A DNA stretch of 64,000 nt from Trichosphaerium sp. ATCC 40318 (taxonomy: Eukaryota; Protista; Tubulinea), in NCBI GenBank assembly GCA_038496445.1, contig JALMLS010000150.1, positions 100,326 to 164,325 on the forward strand, written 5' to 3'. How positions within the stretch are numbered: the first letter of the stretch is position 1; every line of letters begins with the position of its first letter. Positions 48,882 to 62,886 of the stretch are shown piece by piece. The notes beneath the pieces are model-generated. The model worked only from the letters and a program-made list of their open reading frames with translations, did no database searches and had not been told where the DNA came from. Position numbers and translations under genes: made by a program.

Positions 48882-50864
48882 ATGCAGATAGCGTCCTCAC
48901 CGTCTAACAACTATGGTGGTAGCCCAGCTAACTCTCCAGTATTCTCACCCGATAGTTACATGCCATCGGCGCATCCTACACAGCTGTATTTCAACAGGAG
49001 GTATGTCAGTAGCGTTTCTATGTATATAACACCGGTTAGAAACATAAAGATCCTGTTGATGGAAAACATACACCAAAATGCCGTAGAGGCGCTAAAGAAG
49101 GAAGAGTTCAACGTAGAACACTTAACAGTAGCGTTAAACGGTCAAGAGTTAATCGACAAGCTTCAAGACGTTCATGTCATAGGCGTCAGGTATTCAAGTC
49201 TACAAAAAACAACGTATTGACACTCTCGTAAGGAGCAAAACAAAACTTACGGCAGAAGTCTTAAAAGCAGCGCCTAAATTACGAGCAATTGGTTGCTTTT
49301 GTATTGGAACAAACCAAGTAGACTTAGGAGTCGCAGAAGAGAAAGGAGTACGCTTTTTGTAGACAAACGAATAATTTTAAAAAACATTTAACAGAATTCT
49401 CCTTTTTGGTATTACCATTTTTACCAATAAGTATTCTAATCGTTTTGTATAGATTCCAGTATTCAACTCACCGTTTTGTAACAGCAGAAGTGTTGGTGAG
49501 TGACATCTTGATGAGAATCTTTTTTTAGTCTTAGATGTTCTTACTTTACTTAGCTGAACTTGTAATCGCTCAAATTATATCTCTGTCCAGGAAACTAGGA
49601 GACAAAAACAAAGAACTCCACAATGGAGTCTGGAATAAGGTGATTTTTGCTTTTGCCTTTTTTTTTCTCGTTTTTTTCTCGATTGATAACTAATACCCTC
49701 CTAGTCTGCTGTGGGCTGTTGTGAGATTCGTGGAAAGACATTGGGTATCATTGGGTATGGTCATATTGGGTCTCAGGTAATTAAATCGAATATTAATTAT
49801 TTTGTAACAAATGAAAGTTCTAACATTCCCTTTGCTTAGTTATCAGTTTTGGCTGAAGCTATGGGTATGAAAGTCATTTTTTACGATATAGACAACGTTA
49901 TGCCACTTGGTAACGCTGTTTCCAAATCCCTTGATGAAGTTTTGAGCCAGTCTTTCTTTGTTACTTTGCATGTTCCAGGTACGCTTTTTCTTCTTGTTTT
50001 TTTGGAAAATCATAATTCTTTTCTCTCTTTCTCTAATGCCTTGTAGAAACACCTGAAACAAAGAATATGATCGGAAAGAAGGAAATAGCAAAAATGCAGA
50101 AAGGAGCCATGTTATTGAATGCTAGCAGGTACTGTTTTTTTTGCGCTTTATTGTATTATATCCACTATTTCTGATTTTTTTTTAGAGGAACAGTTGTTGT
50201 TATTGATGATCTTGTTGAAGCCTTAAAATCTGGTCATTTGGGTGGTGCTTATATCGATGTTTATCCATCAGAACCTAAAGTCAGGTATGTTACCACTTTG
50301 TTCGACTAGGACGTACAAGCGGCTAACTTTTATAAAAGGAAGGACCCAAATTGGGTTACACCTTTGGCCGGTTGTCCAAACACAATATTGACACCTCACA
50401 TTGGTGGGTCTACCTCAGAAGCACAGTACGCATACACTCATAGCATATCTTGTAGTTATTGTACTTTTAGAGCGAGCATTGGACACGAAGTAGCAGCCAA
50501 GTTGTCTGATTACCTGTTATGTGGTAAAACAGCTTCTTCTGTTAATTTCCCTGGCGTGGATGTACCATACAATCCAAAGACTCATCGTATATGCAATGTT
50601 CATAAGAATACACCTGGTGTATTGAGAGAGATTAATAATATCTTGGGAGGATTCAATATTAGTTCTCAAGTCCTTAGAACAACGGAGGTGCGTCGAATCT
50701 CGCTTTTTTAAAGATTTTTTTTCAGCGTTTTTATTCTGCTTTTATTCACGTGTATGTAGAAAATTGGATACTTGGTTGCAGATGTTGATACTGCTGCATC
50801 TAAGCAAATTAAGCAACAAATCTCAGATATGGACTCAAGCCTTCATACTCGTATTTTGTATTAA
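48882..50864 (+). CDS. serA: D-3-phosphoglycerate dehydrogenase (SerA/Ser3 type with ACT domain)
   Basis: IGVRSKT, IGCFCIGTNQVD, LGIIGYGHIGSQ, LLNASRG, DVYPSEP, LTPHIGGSTSEAQ, HKNTPGVL, terminal TRILY. Confidence 0.95.
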
Positions 50865-51203
50865 ACCTATTTTGATAAATAAACAACAAACACTTGCAAA
50901 TGATTTTGACTCCTAGTTGTCGTAACACTGGTTAAGCTACAGTTTTTGCGCATGAAAGAGTAGGTTATTGAGATTTAACTTGTACCTACACGGCGATTGT
51001 TTTGATTGAGTTTACGAGGCACAGTCGAAGTATCTAACTTTAGTATTCTACTACGAAACTACACTTTTGTATTTGGTTGGATCAACCTTTTTCTTAAAAT
51101 GTGAATAACATGTGTAATATTACCAATATTGCGTATTTATTGTAATGTACATTTGTGACTGTTGGTGAAGTTTGTGGAAAAAAGAAGAACAAGAATAAAG
51201 ACT

Positions 51204-52041
<838 letters not shown>

Positions 52042-52657
52042 TTATATGTATTGAATAAGTGTTTTGGGGACTTGAAGTGTTCCTATGTTGCGATTTGGAA
52101 GATTTGTTTTGAACTATGTTGAAACCAGATTTTAGGATAAACAGCGACGTGGTGAAAAAATGCGAGTTTTCAGTCGTTTTGTTCACTTTTTTGGTGACGT
52201 CGGTTATTCTTACAAAACTCCCTGTTGTACCTTGCTAAATATACGTTGCTGCTCAATGTGTTTGAAAAGCACAAGCGGTTGTCTAACGGAGTTTCGCCTG
52301 AATTCTTCAAAGAAAACGCTACACTCATTTTCGTTTAAACGAAAACCCAGTTGTACCAAAACAACAGCACGCCGGTATGGTTTTCAATTTGTAGCAAGTG
52401 AAATAAAAAGCCAAAAAAAATCAGTTAGAACTCATAACAATGTGTTTTGAAAAAAAAACCTGAAGACTTGCAACCAAGTCGCTAGTAGCAATATTTGTCA
52501 TTGTGTGAAGGCAAAACCATTGTCGAAGGTTATCGTACTGTCTAAACAGTAAGTTGATAATATGCGCTGCTAGCATGCCGGAAGACAAAAAAACACAACT
52601 ATAGTGAAAACAACTAAACACATTTTTATTTTATTTTTGAATATTTTTGTCCACATC

Positions 52658-55600
52658 CTATAGTTTGTCTTGGATCTGTTTATGCAAGTGACACAAGTAC
52701 TCAACGTAATTCATCTCTGTAGGCTTTCTAGATTTTACACCATCTTCACAAAAGTGGCAAAGCATACGGCACTACAAACAACATAAACAAAAAAAAAAAC
52801 AAAAAAAAACTTCAATAAAAACTAGTTCGCAAGAAACTGTCATCGTACCTCGTTTCTATCTCCTTGAATGATAGGCCATACAAGTTGATAGTATGGTCTA
52901 TTGAATCTAATACCCTGAATCAAGTTATGGATCTTAGTGAGGAAAGAGGTTCCTTCTTTATCGTTGCCAGGAGGTGGTAAAAGTTTTAATACTGCAGGTT
53001 GATTTTGATCATTAAACAATTGAGTAACACCAAATAACTGCTCTATTAGTTCAACTGGAGCATTTCTATATAGAACGTTAGAGTCACAAGTAAATCATTA
53101 AGTAAAAAATAAAGCGAGAGCACAAAGCTCTAAAAGAACGAACGACAAAAAATAGTTTGTTTGTTTTTTCTTATTTTTTTTCGTACCTTCCAACCCAGAT
53201 GAAGATTTCGAATCCATTTTCGAATAAAAATATGCCTTGTGGCTTTAGAGATTCCATAGAAAGTCTAAGCATTCTTGGTAATCTTGATACACCCCATTTA
53301 TTCCTTACTCCATCCTATAAAAAGACCGAAAAAATCAGTACAAACTCAAGAAAAAAAGAAAACTTCATTTTTTTTTGAAGTTTATTTGTTGTCGTACGTG
53401 TTCACGAAGTTCATGCAAAGCAAACATTCTTGGATATATCATAGGAACAAGAACGTGTTGAGGACAACAAATATAAAAATTATGAAGGAAAGCTCTCCAA
53501 TCAGTCAAGTTATAGGTTGTAAATCCTTGTCGCTAAAAATAGAATAAGAGAAAACAGTTTTGTTTGTAATTTCCTCTTCTCTGTTGTATCCAAATACGTA
53601 CGTATTTATCTGGTGTGTATGTCATCAAACGACTCTTGATGAGCGCCAGAGAAAATACAGGTAACAACTTAAGACTATCAGGTAAGATCAATTGACTATC
53701 ATTACTGCTTTGAGCGCAGAATTTTCTGTACGCTGTAAGCATAGTAGCAACTGACGAGATGAGCTTTTTATGTGCTTGACTTGGTGACGATGTGATCCAA
53801 AACAAGCTCGCTAGTTTAAAAGCATAAGAAGCAATAAAACAAACATATACAATAAATAACAATGACCATAAAAACAGAAGCAATCGAAGAAGACTACTTT
53901 TTTTTTCATTGAAAAACTTCTGAGGGGTGTCTTACCTTTCTTCGTGAGAATGTTTAGAACAGTTTCAAGGTCTGCTGATTTGAATACAGTTCCTAGTTTA
54001 GAAGATATGTTCAACCTCAATGTATGTACTCTAACTCTGCATTCGCCACTTCTTGTAGTGTACAAAGTAGCTGATTGAAGGTAAGAGTGTTTGCCTTCCT
54101 CCAAAGAACCATCATAGTTCAGTGTAATCAAAATAGACTTATCAGAGTCCATAGAAGCAGCAGCGATATCAGTTTGATTCAATCCAGTGTAATTACCAAA
54201 ATACTGCTCAATATCAAGCCCTAGTCAATACAGGTAAGCACAAAACAAACAGAAAGACAAAGAATGTCAACAAAAAAAGTCAAGTAGTTGTTTTTTTTTC
54301 TTACCTGATGATGTTCGCAGACGCATCATCGTATCATATACTGTATTCCTCGTCATGTTATGTTTTAATTCATTATATAGTTTCTCCTGATGATGTACTG
54401 GAGAATACCCAGGGTAATAATAAAGATTACCTCCAGCTTTGCGAGGTAACTGAGCTATAAAAAGAAAAACACAATCAGTTCACTTATAGCATTCTTTCAC
54501 GCTTCACAAAGCTAGAAAGTAGTGTCACGTACCAAGAGTGGCAATATCAACATATCCTCTAGTAAAGAGGAACATATCGACTGTAATATACTTCTTAGTG
54601 CAAGCCTCACCAAAAGCAGTGTAGAAATTTGTTTGTGGTTTATGGAGAGTCTGTTCTTTATCTGTTCCAAAAACTTTTGGAGAATCACGTTGCTTCAAGC
54701 TACCAGGACCGAATACAGGAATAGACGACTGAAACAAGAAGACCTTACCGCCAGTACCATCCTAGTAAAGGTATAAGATATACGTATAGCATTGGTTATA
54801 TTAGATACGTACTAGGCATAACTGAGCAGCCTTAAGTGCTGCGCCGGCTGCGCTCATTGTCTTATTTGAGTTTTTAAACATTGTTGGTAGCATATCCAAA
54901 AGCGTTGTGAGTGATTCCTTGGCTTCAGGGTATTGTACAACCGTTGCCTCAGGTGGAAGCGGCTAATATTGAACATAAGATTATTGACTTACAAGTAGCC
55001 ACTGACGCTGGGAGTCAAGAGAATCCAAATAAAATAAATAAAATGGGATTTGTTTCTAAATTATTTAGATTGTCCGTACACAGAAGACTTCGTCTACGTT
55101 TGGTACTACCATCATTTGAGGCTTCTCAGATCCTTTCTGTAACAATAATATAAGAATAAAACAAAAAACGAGTGAGGAGTGGTTACACTTACAGTAAGTT
55201 TATAGAAATGAATAGAAGTATCGAAAGTGATAAATCCAACTCGAGTTCGTTTATCACCAACATAAAACTCCTCAAGTATGTGCTTTATACATGCAACAAA
55301 CGACTAAAGTATGTCAAGTTAATAAACAAAGCGAATACAGCAAATGAGTTGTAGGAATGATACTTACTTGAAGCATCCCAGTATGTGTTGATAAATTGGA
55401 TACATCAACAACGAACAGGTAATGTGGCGGTACAGGATCACGTTGTTTGTATTCTTTAGATGCTACGAAGTCTATGGACCCACGAGAGAGCTCATAACGT
55501 TCATTAATATCGCGTCTTTGGCCATTCATTTCAAGAGGAGCAAAATAAGGCTCAGGCACTAAAGAAAAGGTTTGATCATTAATACTGATGGTGTAAAGAC

Positions 55601-56768
55601 ATTTAACCATACCTTTGTTACCGAATCCACAGAAACAACAAACAAACTTTGTTCCATTCTCTATGAATCGAACGAAGGGATTAATGTACGCTCTACAACG
55701 TTGGCAACGAATAGGTCCACCTGGTAAATCAACTACAGGGATACCTGCCTACAGTTATTGTCAGTAAACATTACAATAATAACTTTGAAGAAAAAAAAAC
55801 TTACCTCTCCAGGACCTGGTTGAGCGAAAGGCTGTACAACAACACCAAGTGGTAACCCACCTTTACGTAATATCACCTTTGTTGTAGGTAGTGTATACAA
55901 ACTAGATCTCATGTATCTTGGAGAGCAATTTTGCTTTGTGTTAACGGTAAAATTAGAAAAACTCAGTGGAGGTGGCAAGTTGGAATCTAGACGGCATGAG
56001 AAGCAAATACATCAACAGTGGCCCAAAAATAAAAAAAAAGAGTATTTACCTGTGTCATATGAGGCATGCTTTCCAAGACGTAAGCCTGCAGGGCTGGGTA
56101 ATGCATTTGGGTTTAATTTAGATCCACCTCTTGGTTGTTTAGCGACAGGACGAGGTGCTGCAGCTCCAGGACCGCCAGCTGGTGTCATTGGCATTTGTCC
56201 TCCCATTGTTGGTTGTGTGTATTGAGGAGCCATTGGACCAGGCGCTACTGGACCAGGTGCTCTTTGTCCAGGCATTGTGTGAACAGGTTGACCTTTTGAG
56301 TGAATAAGAGCGGAAATCAAGCCGGGTTAAATGAAAGAAAATTGGGACTTCATGAGATTTGCGTGTTAACGCGTACCTTGTTGTGGAGGAGCGTAGCCTC
56401 GCTAGTGGGAGTGTTAAATTAATTGTTTATAAATCTGCTTGCCCGTTGGTTTGTATATTGTTGTTGACCGTTCATTGGTGCCTGTTGATGAGTTGGAGCA
56501 GCGTACATTGTAGGACCAGGTGCTCCAGGGCCAGGTGCTGGTGCTACGCCTCCTGGGTGACCACCAGGAGTCATGACATTTCCCTTGATCTATATAAGCT
56601 ACAGGCAGCGTTCCAAGGTTAATTTGTACCTGTTGTGCCTGATTTTGTTGTTTTGCCTGCATTTGCTGCTGCAATAACTTCTGTCGCTCATAGTTACGTC
56701 GCTACGTATAATTAACGCCAATTTACACTAATACAGCCTGACAGCTACTAATAAACTCTACATACCAT
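52658..56768 (-). CDS. SEC24: COPII coat subunit Sec24 (C/D type), multi-exon
   Basis: P/G/Q-rich N-terminus; NCSPRYMRSS, PIRCQRCRAYINPF zinc finger, RYELSRGSIDFVA, LYTTRSGECRVRVHT, LILPDSLKLLP, YVEYLCHLHKQI. Confidence 0.95.
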
Positions 56769-56913
56769 TTTTACAGAACCTTGTGAGATGTACTACCACT
56801 GTATGTGGTCTAATTTACTGTCCACGTTGCAGAGTGTGGGAAATGCTCGGGACCTTTATTGACTTGTTGAAGTCTGGGTTTACATTCTGCAACAGACAGC
56901 TCGAATAATAGCA

Positions 56914-58339
56914 ATGGCAAAGAACGAGTTAGGATTAGGAGACATGCTTCAGGGCACTTGGTTGGAAGAACTAACACCAATAATCACAGAGCAGGTTGTT
57001 TGTAGATTAGTCTATGTGGGTTAATTCAATAAGTAGGAAGGTGTCAATGATTATATTGGAAGAAAGCGCGATAAAGCTATAATACCAACGCGGGAGAATA
57101 CATTTGCTGCCTTTCGCCATTTAGACCCTAAAGACATCTCTGTCGTTATTTTTGGTGAGCTTTATACCGTTTTTCGTTTGTGCGTAAACACTAACAATGT
57201 GAATAGGCCAAGACCCTTATCCTCGTGCTGAAAGTGCTGTTGGCACTGCATTTAACGATGGTACGTTTTCTATTTATTCGAAAAGTTTTTCAAGAATGTT
57301 TCTCAACTCACGTGTTTCAACATTAATGTGATGGTGTTTAGGTGCAGTAAAAGCGTGGACTGATAACTTTTCTCCCTCATTCAGAAACATTCTCAAAAAT
57401 GTTCTACTAAGTCTAGGACACGTTGATATGTCTGCAAATGTTGCTGTTCTAAGAGAAGTCTGTCATGAAATTGAACTTGTTCCTCCACCAGGTTCGTTAT
57501 TTTTTATCTTACCCACATAACAGTTGCTGATATTCTTTAATTAGCTTGGTTTGACCATACTGTTGCAAACGCACGTGAATGAACTTGAAAAAAAACTTCT
57601 TTTGGGGTTTTGTTTGTTAACTTTCTAACTTCAAGCTAGGGTGTTTGCTGGCTCAATACATCTCTTACGTTCATCACAAAAAATACAACGGATCTCAAAC
57701 GCCACGTAAGATATTTGCAAGAGTTTACGAACAAGATATTTACTACGTTTTATTTAGGTAAAGTTTTGGCAACCAATCATTCACAAGGTAATACTTGTAC
57801 TTTTGGAATCAAAAAAAGAATTGATCCGTAGTGGAGAAAACAAAAAAGCCAGTACGCAATTGCTACCTTGAAACAAGAACCTTATCTATTTATTAGCCAT
57901 GATATTTGTTATGTGGGGAGGGTACGACAGTATTCACACTGAGTACTTGTGCTAATATGGTCTCTGTAGATACGCCAAAAAACTCAAGAAAGTAGTTGAG
58001 AAGTTAAACAAAAGCTCTGAACCACAACTTGATATTAAGTATGTCGAAGCAAAGCATCCCGCAGCTACAGGAAACTCGTAAGATAATGTTAATCACGTGT
58101 TTTTGTGTTCACCTTTTTTTTAAAGGTTTCATGAAGTGGAGACTTTCAAAACTATAGATGAACTTCTAGAGGAGTGTGGTTTGCCTACTATTGATTGGCT
58201 TCCAACAAACGAAACAGCAATGAAACCAAAAGTTATCAAAAAGGAGGCAAAATCTAAGAGTAAAGGAAGCGGAAAGAAAAGAAAGAAGGATTCACCAGAA
58301 AAGAAGGGAAAAAGCAAAAAGCGTAAAACAAAAAAGTGA
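56914..58339 (+). CDS. Uracil-DNA glycosylase family-1-like protein (atypical), Lys-rich C-terminal tail
   Basis: VVIFGQDPYPRAESAVG, GVCWLNTSLT, FVMWGG, KHPAA; basic NLS-like tail. Confidence 0.85.
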
Positions 58340-58614
58340 GGAACCTTCATCTCAGCTTTGCTTTAAACTACCTTAACACAAAGTTCTGTTCTTCGAGCAT
58401 AACTTGTGCACGTGCTGTAGTTTAGAGTGAATAAATAGCGCTGTTGTTAGTCTCACAAGACGTTAGACTTTGTGTCAAACCGTTTTTTTGTTTTTGTGGT
58501 GAGCTTTTAACCCAGGTTTGACCGAGCTTGATTCATAACCAAACTCAGTGCTTACCAACAGTTTATTTTTTGCGCTGTCAGCCCAGGTGTAGTGATTTTC
58601 TAACTGGATTTAAA

Positions 58615-59298
58615 ATGGGAGGCGCTGCAAGTACATCAGGTGGTCAAGACTTCAAAATTATGGTAGATCCATCGCTTACGCAACCTAATGGGGTAATAGA
58701 GGCTCCACCACCTGTACGCATAAAAAACGTGTTGAAGGTTACTCAAATTTATTCTAGCTCATACAAACGCTATCAAAAGAAGAAAGAGAAGCAATCGACA
58801 ACGCAATTGAAACAGACATAGAAAAAGCGTACGTAATCCACTCATATACGCTTGTAATCGCTTTATATACGATCAACGTCACTAAAAAGGCGAATTAAAC
58901 CACTTTCTCGTTAGAAAAAACAATTAGCTTCTAAAACGGTTTTTTAGTGTTAGAAATATATACAACGCTACAGAGCATAGAAGACAGAGGGATGCTGCAA
59001 ACCTCGCTGGATTAGTTAGTGATTTTGGTAAATACGTTGAAGAAAAGAGTCTTATAAAAGCACCTGGAAAGTAAGCTCCTAATGAACTAACCTATCACGT
59101 GGTACTCACATTTTTTTCTTAACTCTCCAGAGAAATATGTCAAGTTGAAGAAACAGCTGTTATTAATTGTATCAATGGCAATACTGATCTATTACAGTGC
59201 GCCAGTCTCATCAAGTACGTTTTATTTTAGAGAAATGTCAAATTTTTTTTGACGTTTGGTTTTTTTTTAGAGCGTTTGAAGAGTGTACATTAAACTAA
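58615..59298 (+). CDS. Mic19/CHCHD3-like protein (N-myristoyl motif, coiled coil, twin CX9C)
   Basis: MGGAAS N-terminus; C-terminal CQVEETAVINC and CASLIKAFEEC. Confidence 0.7.
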
Positions 59299-59515
59299 AA
59301 GAGGTCATAAATCCATAAACCAATTTCCATTTTTTCATACAAAAAAGGTAGTCAGTTATTCTATGCATGCGTTCGGGTTAAACTCACGTTTCTTGCTTTT
59401 TTTTATTTTACATTTGGTTTTTTTTTGTACATTTTCACGAAACACTTTTTGTTGCTCTTACGTCAACTCCGCGGCACGCGAAATATTTATATTTTGGTTT
59501 TTGTTTTTGGAGATA

Positions 59516-60090
59516 TCAAATAGGCATTATATTATGAACGTGTAATGGCGGTGTTCGCTCTTTTTTTGGCCTCATTTCGCCCTTCCTCCACTTTAGCCTG
59601 AAAGACACTTTTCTCAGACTAGTTTTACCATCAGGAGCCATCACTCTTACGCGTATATTATCAATACATCTTGAATAGATTTTGAGACTCTCTGGTGGCT
59701 TCAATACGAAAGCAAACGTGTTCAAGTTCTAAAAACAAATTTAACAACAAAAGTTCTAAACTTAGCCATCCCACGTGACTTCCAAATATTTACCTTTGAT
59801 GATAATGAAAGTGTAGCGCTTGATCTTTTACCCCAAGGTACATTACGGAACAAAACACTGAGTCTTTTCCCAATAAGTGGTGTGCCTGTATATGTTTCTC
59901 CTATTGCCAGAGTAAGAGTTGCGTTCTGGCTAGCCACAAAACTAGACGTACCATCTACTATAAGTCTGTATAATGTTGTGCTAGTAGCATGAAAGCCTTT
60001 GAGTTTCACGATACGAATGTTGTAGAGGCGCATTATTGCTTGTGTTGAATAAGATTTATCTCCGGTGCACCCGCGGTGTTTGGAGTCCAC
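59516..60090 (-). CDS. Hypothetical protein, 3' exons (5' exons unresolved)
   Basis: Two ORFs joinable in frame by a GTAAAT...TTTTAG intron (LSSK/NLNTFAF); no recognised domain. Confidence 0.35.
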
Positions 60091-60643
60091 GAAATGGAAT
60101 ATTTGAAATAATTAATGTGAATTCCGTAACAAACATATTAATGTTTTAGGTAATTTGCCAGCTTTTTTAGCTGACGAAGTTGTCATTAGAGTGCAGTTTA
60201 AGTAGTTCCGAAAAACTCGCAACCAATTAACATACGTCTTAAACTGTAGACACGTGCTAGGATAAGAGGTAAGGTCAATTTAGTGCAATTGGAGGCTTTC
60301 TTGGAATATCGAGTAATCCACTACAACAAATAGCTGCAAAAGCTTGTCCAAGATAAACGTTGTGGTTGACTTACGCAAGAAGGTGCGAAGGTCAAATATT
60401 CATTCTTTCATCAAGACTTACTGCAGTGTTCCGTTAAGGCATTGGAACTCAGTAAAAGCTGCCCAGACGCATCTGGTTTATCATAAACAACGTGGAGCAC
60501 TCCTGACTTCTCTCTAAAAAATTACTAGCGCACATGCCTAAACAAGAAAATTCATACTAGCACGTGGAAACGGAAAAAATCTAGTTGACTCTACTTTTTA
60601 GTTTTTACACCATCGTTATCAAAACAGAACCTCCCTAAATATA

Positions 60644-61273
60644 ATGTTGACGCCTAAAGCACGCAGAATGCAACTCTTCGGATTTGTTGTAATACTTTTC
60701 GTCGGCATCAATCTACAATCATGTATAGCTTCATCACTGGATATATCTGTATGCTACGGTAACGTTATTGAGATTGTTAGTTGTAACAAACCAGGAGAGA
60801 ACAAAAACCAAACGACATGCTCCGAACAGACACCTTTATACACAACAGACGTTTGTTACGAATCAAACATCAAAAAAGATGATAAGTTGGCGAGTAGTTT
60901 GAAATTTACAAAAGACGAAAATAATCGGTTTAAATACACCCTATACTCTTCAAAATCATGTGATGTGGGTACTGTGGTACATGCCTCAACTCCTTGCGCA
61001 TCTACAACGTATTGCAGCGCGTGGTTTCACGTGAGCGATAAGATGATTTACGGCTACATCCCAGATCCTGTAACGAGCGAGGAATGCTTTAACGTCTTAC
61101 CTACAAAGCCACCTAGAGCAGGACGCATTTATGGTAATTTTATGAGTTATTCTCTTATCGGGGCTCTTGTGGTTATTCTTATAGTAGTACTTGTCGCTAT
61201 AATATTGTATCAGCGTAAGAGAAGGAAGTACAACGAGCTTGTAAATAGTAATAGCGTTGAGTACAACTTGTAG
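60644..61273 (+). CDS. Single-pass type I membrane protein with Cys-containing ectodomain (intronless)
   Basis: Signal peptide; TM LIGALVVILIVVLVAIILY; RKRRK stop-transfer; YNEL/EYNL tyrosine motifs. Confidence 0.8.
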   Translation: MLTPKARRMQLFGFVVILFVGINLQSCIASSLDISVCYGNVIEIVSCNKPGENKNQTTCSEQTPLYTTDVCYESNIKKDDKLASSLKFTKDENNRFKYTLYSSKSCDVGTVVHASTPCASTTYCSAWFHVSDKMIYGYIPDPVTSEECFNVLPTKPPRAGRIYGNFMSYSLIGALVVILIVVLVAIILYQRKRRKYNELVNSNSVEYNL

Positions 61274-61423
61274 AAAAAATAATAATAAAAAAATCCTCAT
61301 CTTCTTTGGTCGTCAACTGAATGACTGGTGTACAAAACTTACCATAAATAACACACTTTAAGTTCCCAACAGTTTATTAATACAGGTAGGTAAGGTAGGA
61401 TATAAGGGTTGCATAGGCAATTG

Positions 61424-62552
61424 CTAGAAGGGTAAAAGTTGTTTGATAATCATAGATGCTAACATGATAAAAGTTTCTTCAACTAGTGAAACAATTATTA
61501 TGCTTGGATAGATTAAAGTTGTGCATACCATTTATTGAGTCTTTTGTTGATGTCTCTAAAAATTGAATCTCGTTTGCGTCAGCAAATTCCTGCAAGCAAT
61601 CAGTCAATAAGGTGATTCATTTTTTTGAATATTATTCTTACTTTGGCAATGTCGGGATCTATTACACGTTCATCTAATAGATCGCTTTTGGAGCCAACAA
61701 GTAGTACTTGTGTGTTTTCATGTGCATATCTTTTCACTTCTGCCAGCCAGTTTGCAACATTATCAAACGTCTCTTTTATGGTACAGTCGTATACAATCAC
61801 AACACCATGGCATCCACGAAAGGGAATATAGCAGTCAGTTCTAGTAAGTTGTTCAGGACCTTGCACAAATTCATTAGTACACTCAAACCCCTCTTGAAAA
61901 GTAAGATATGATACAGTGAGTAAATAAAATTGAAGATGCTTACCACAATCCCAAACTTGTAATCTTATCCTTTTGTCACATACATCAATAGTTGTTTGTT
62001 TCTATTCCAAGTAAGAAAAATCATGCGACTTCCATTTTGAGATATCATACACACTCAAGACCACAGACAGATATGTTTGCGTGCTTATCAAAGAATCTAA
62101 GTATTAGACTACTCTTTCCAACACCACCATCTCCTGCTACAAGAATTTTGAATAAGTGATCGCTATAAACACGTGTCAGTCAAGGATTGCCTTGAAGAGT
62201 ATTACTATTCTTTTGTGGATACGTTATCATCTATTGAGCATAAGTGACTACCACAAACAATAGTTCTAGCTCCGTCATACAGTGGAGTATGCCTGACATA
62301 ACTTCCGTCCTATAACCTGGCAGCAGGCTCCGTACTACAAGATAGTATCGTATCTGCATTCACTCTGTTCGTAGATGCCACCAGGAGTTTGTGACGCCTC
62401 CAAGTACTCTAATTTGTTGTAGTGCCCGCTACCAAGGTTTTAAAGTTGGCAGCGTTAATGTATACGAGTCTGGATACTTTGCTGTATGACGGAGCTAGTT
62501 TAAATTAACTTTAACATTTGCTCTGTTCCACTTTGCTGCTTTTACTGCCCAT
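61424..62552 (-). CDS. Divergent Rab1-like GTPase with N-terminal myristoylation motif and no C-terminal cysteines
   Basis: MGSKSSK...; [48 protein letters not shown], ETSTK, ends MIIKQLLPF*; N-terminal exon joins less certain. Confidence 0.78.
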
Positions 62553-62886
62553 TTTTCTGGGATGTGTTGCTACTTCAAATCCTCGTTCAATTGTGTGCCT
62601 ACTATTCAGAGAATTATGCGTAAGGAAGTCAATCAATACTGGTTAAGCCAAGTATTGTTATTCTGCAATTTACTCGTTATTAGCGTGTTGTGCGATAGTT
62701 GGGAACGGTACGTAATATAACGTAAAAGCGCTTTCTAAAACGCTATACGCTCATTCTACTTTATTTCCTTTGCTAGTATCGCGTATTACAAGCGTACTCA
62801 TAATCTAGGAGCTGTTTTTTGCGTGTTTGAACATGGTAGTGACTAACACACTTTTCTTTAGTCGCTTGGAGCAAACTACCAAGAGA

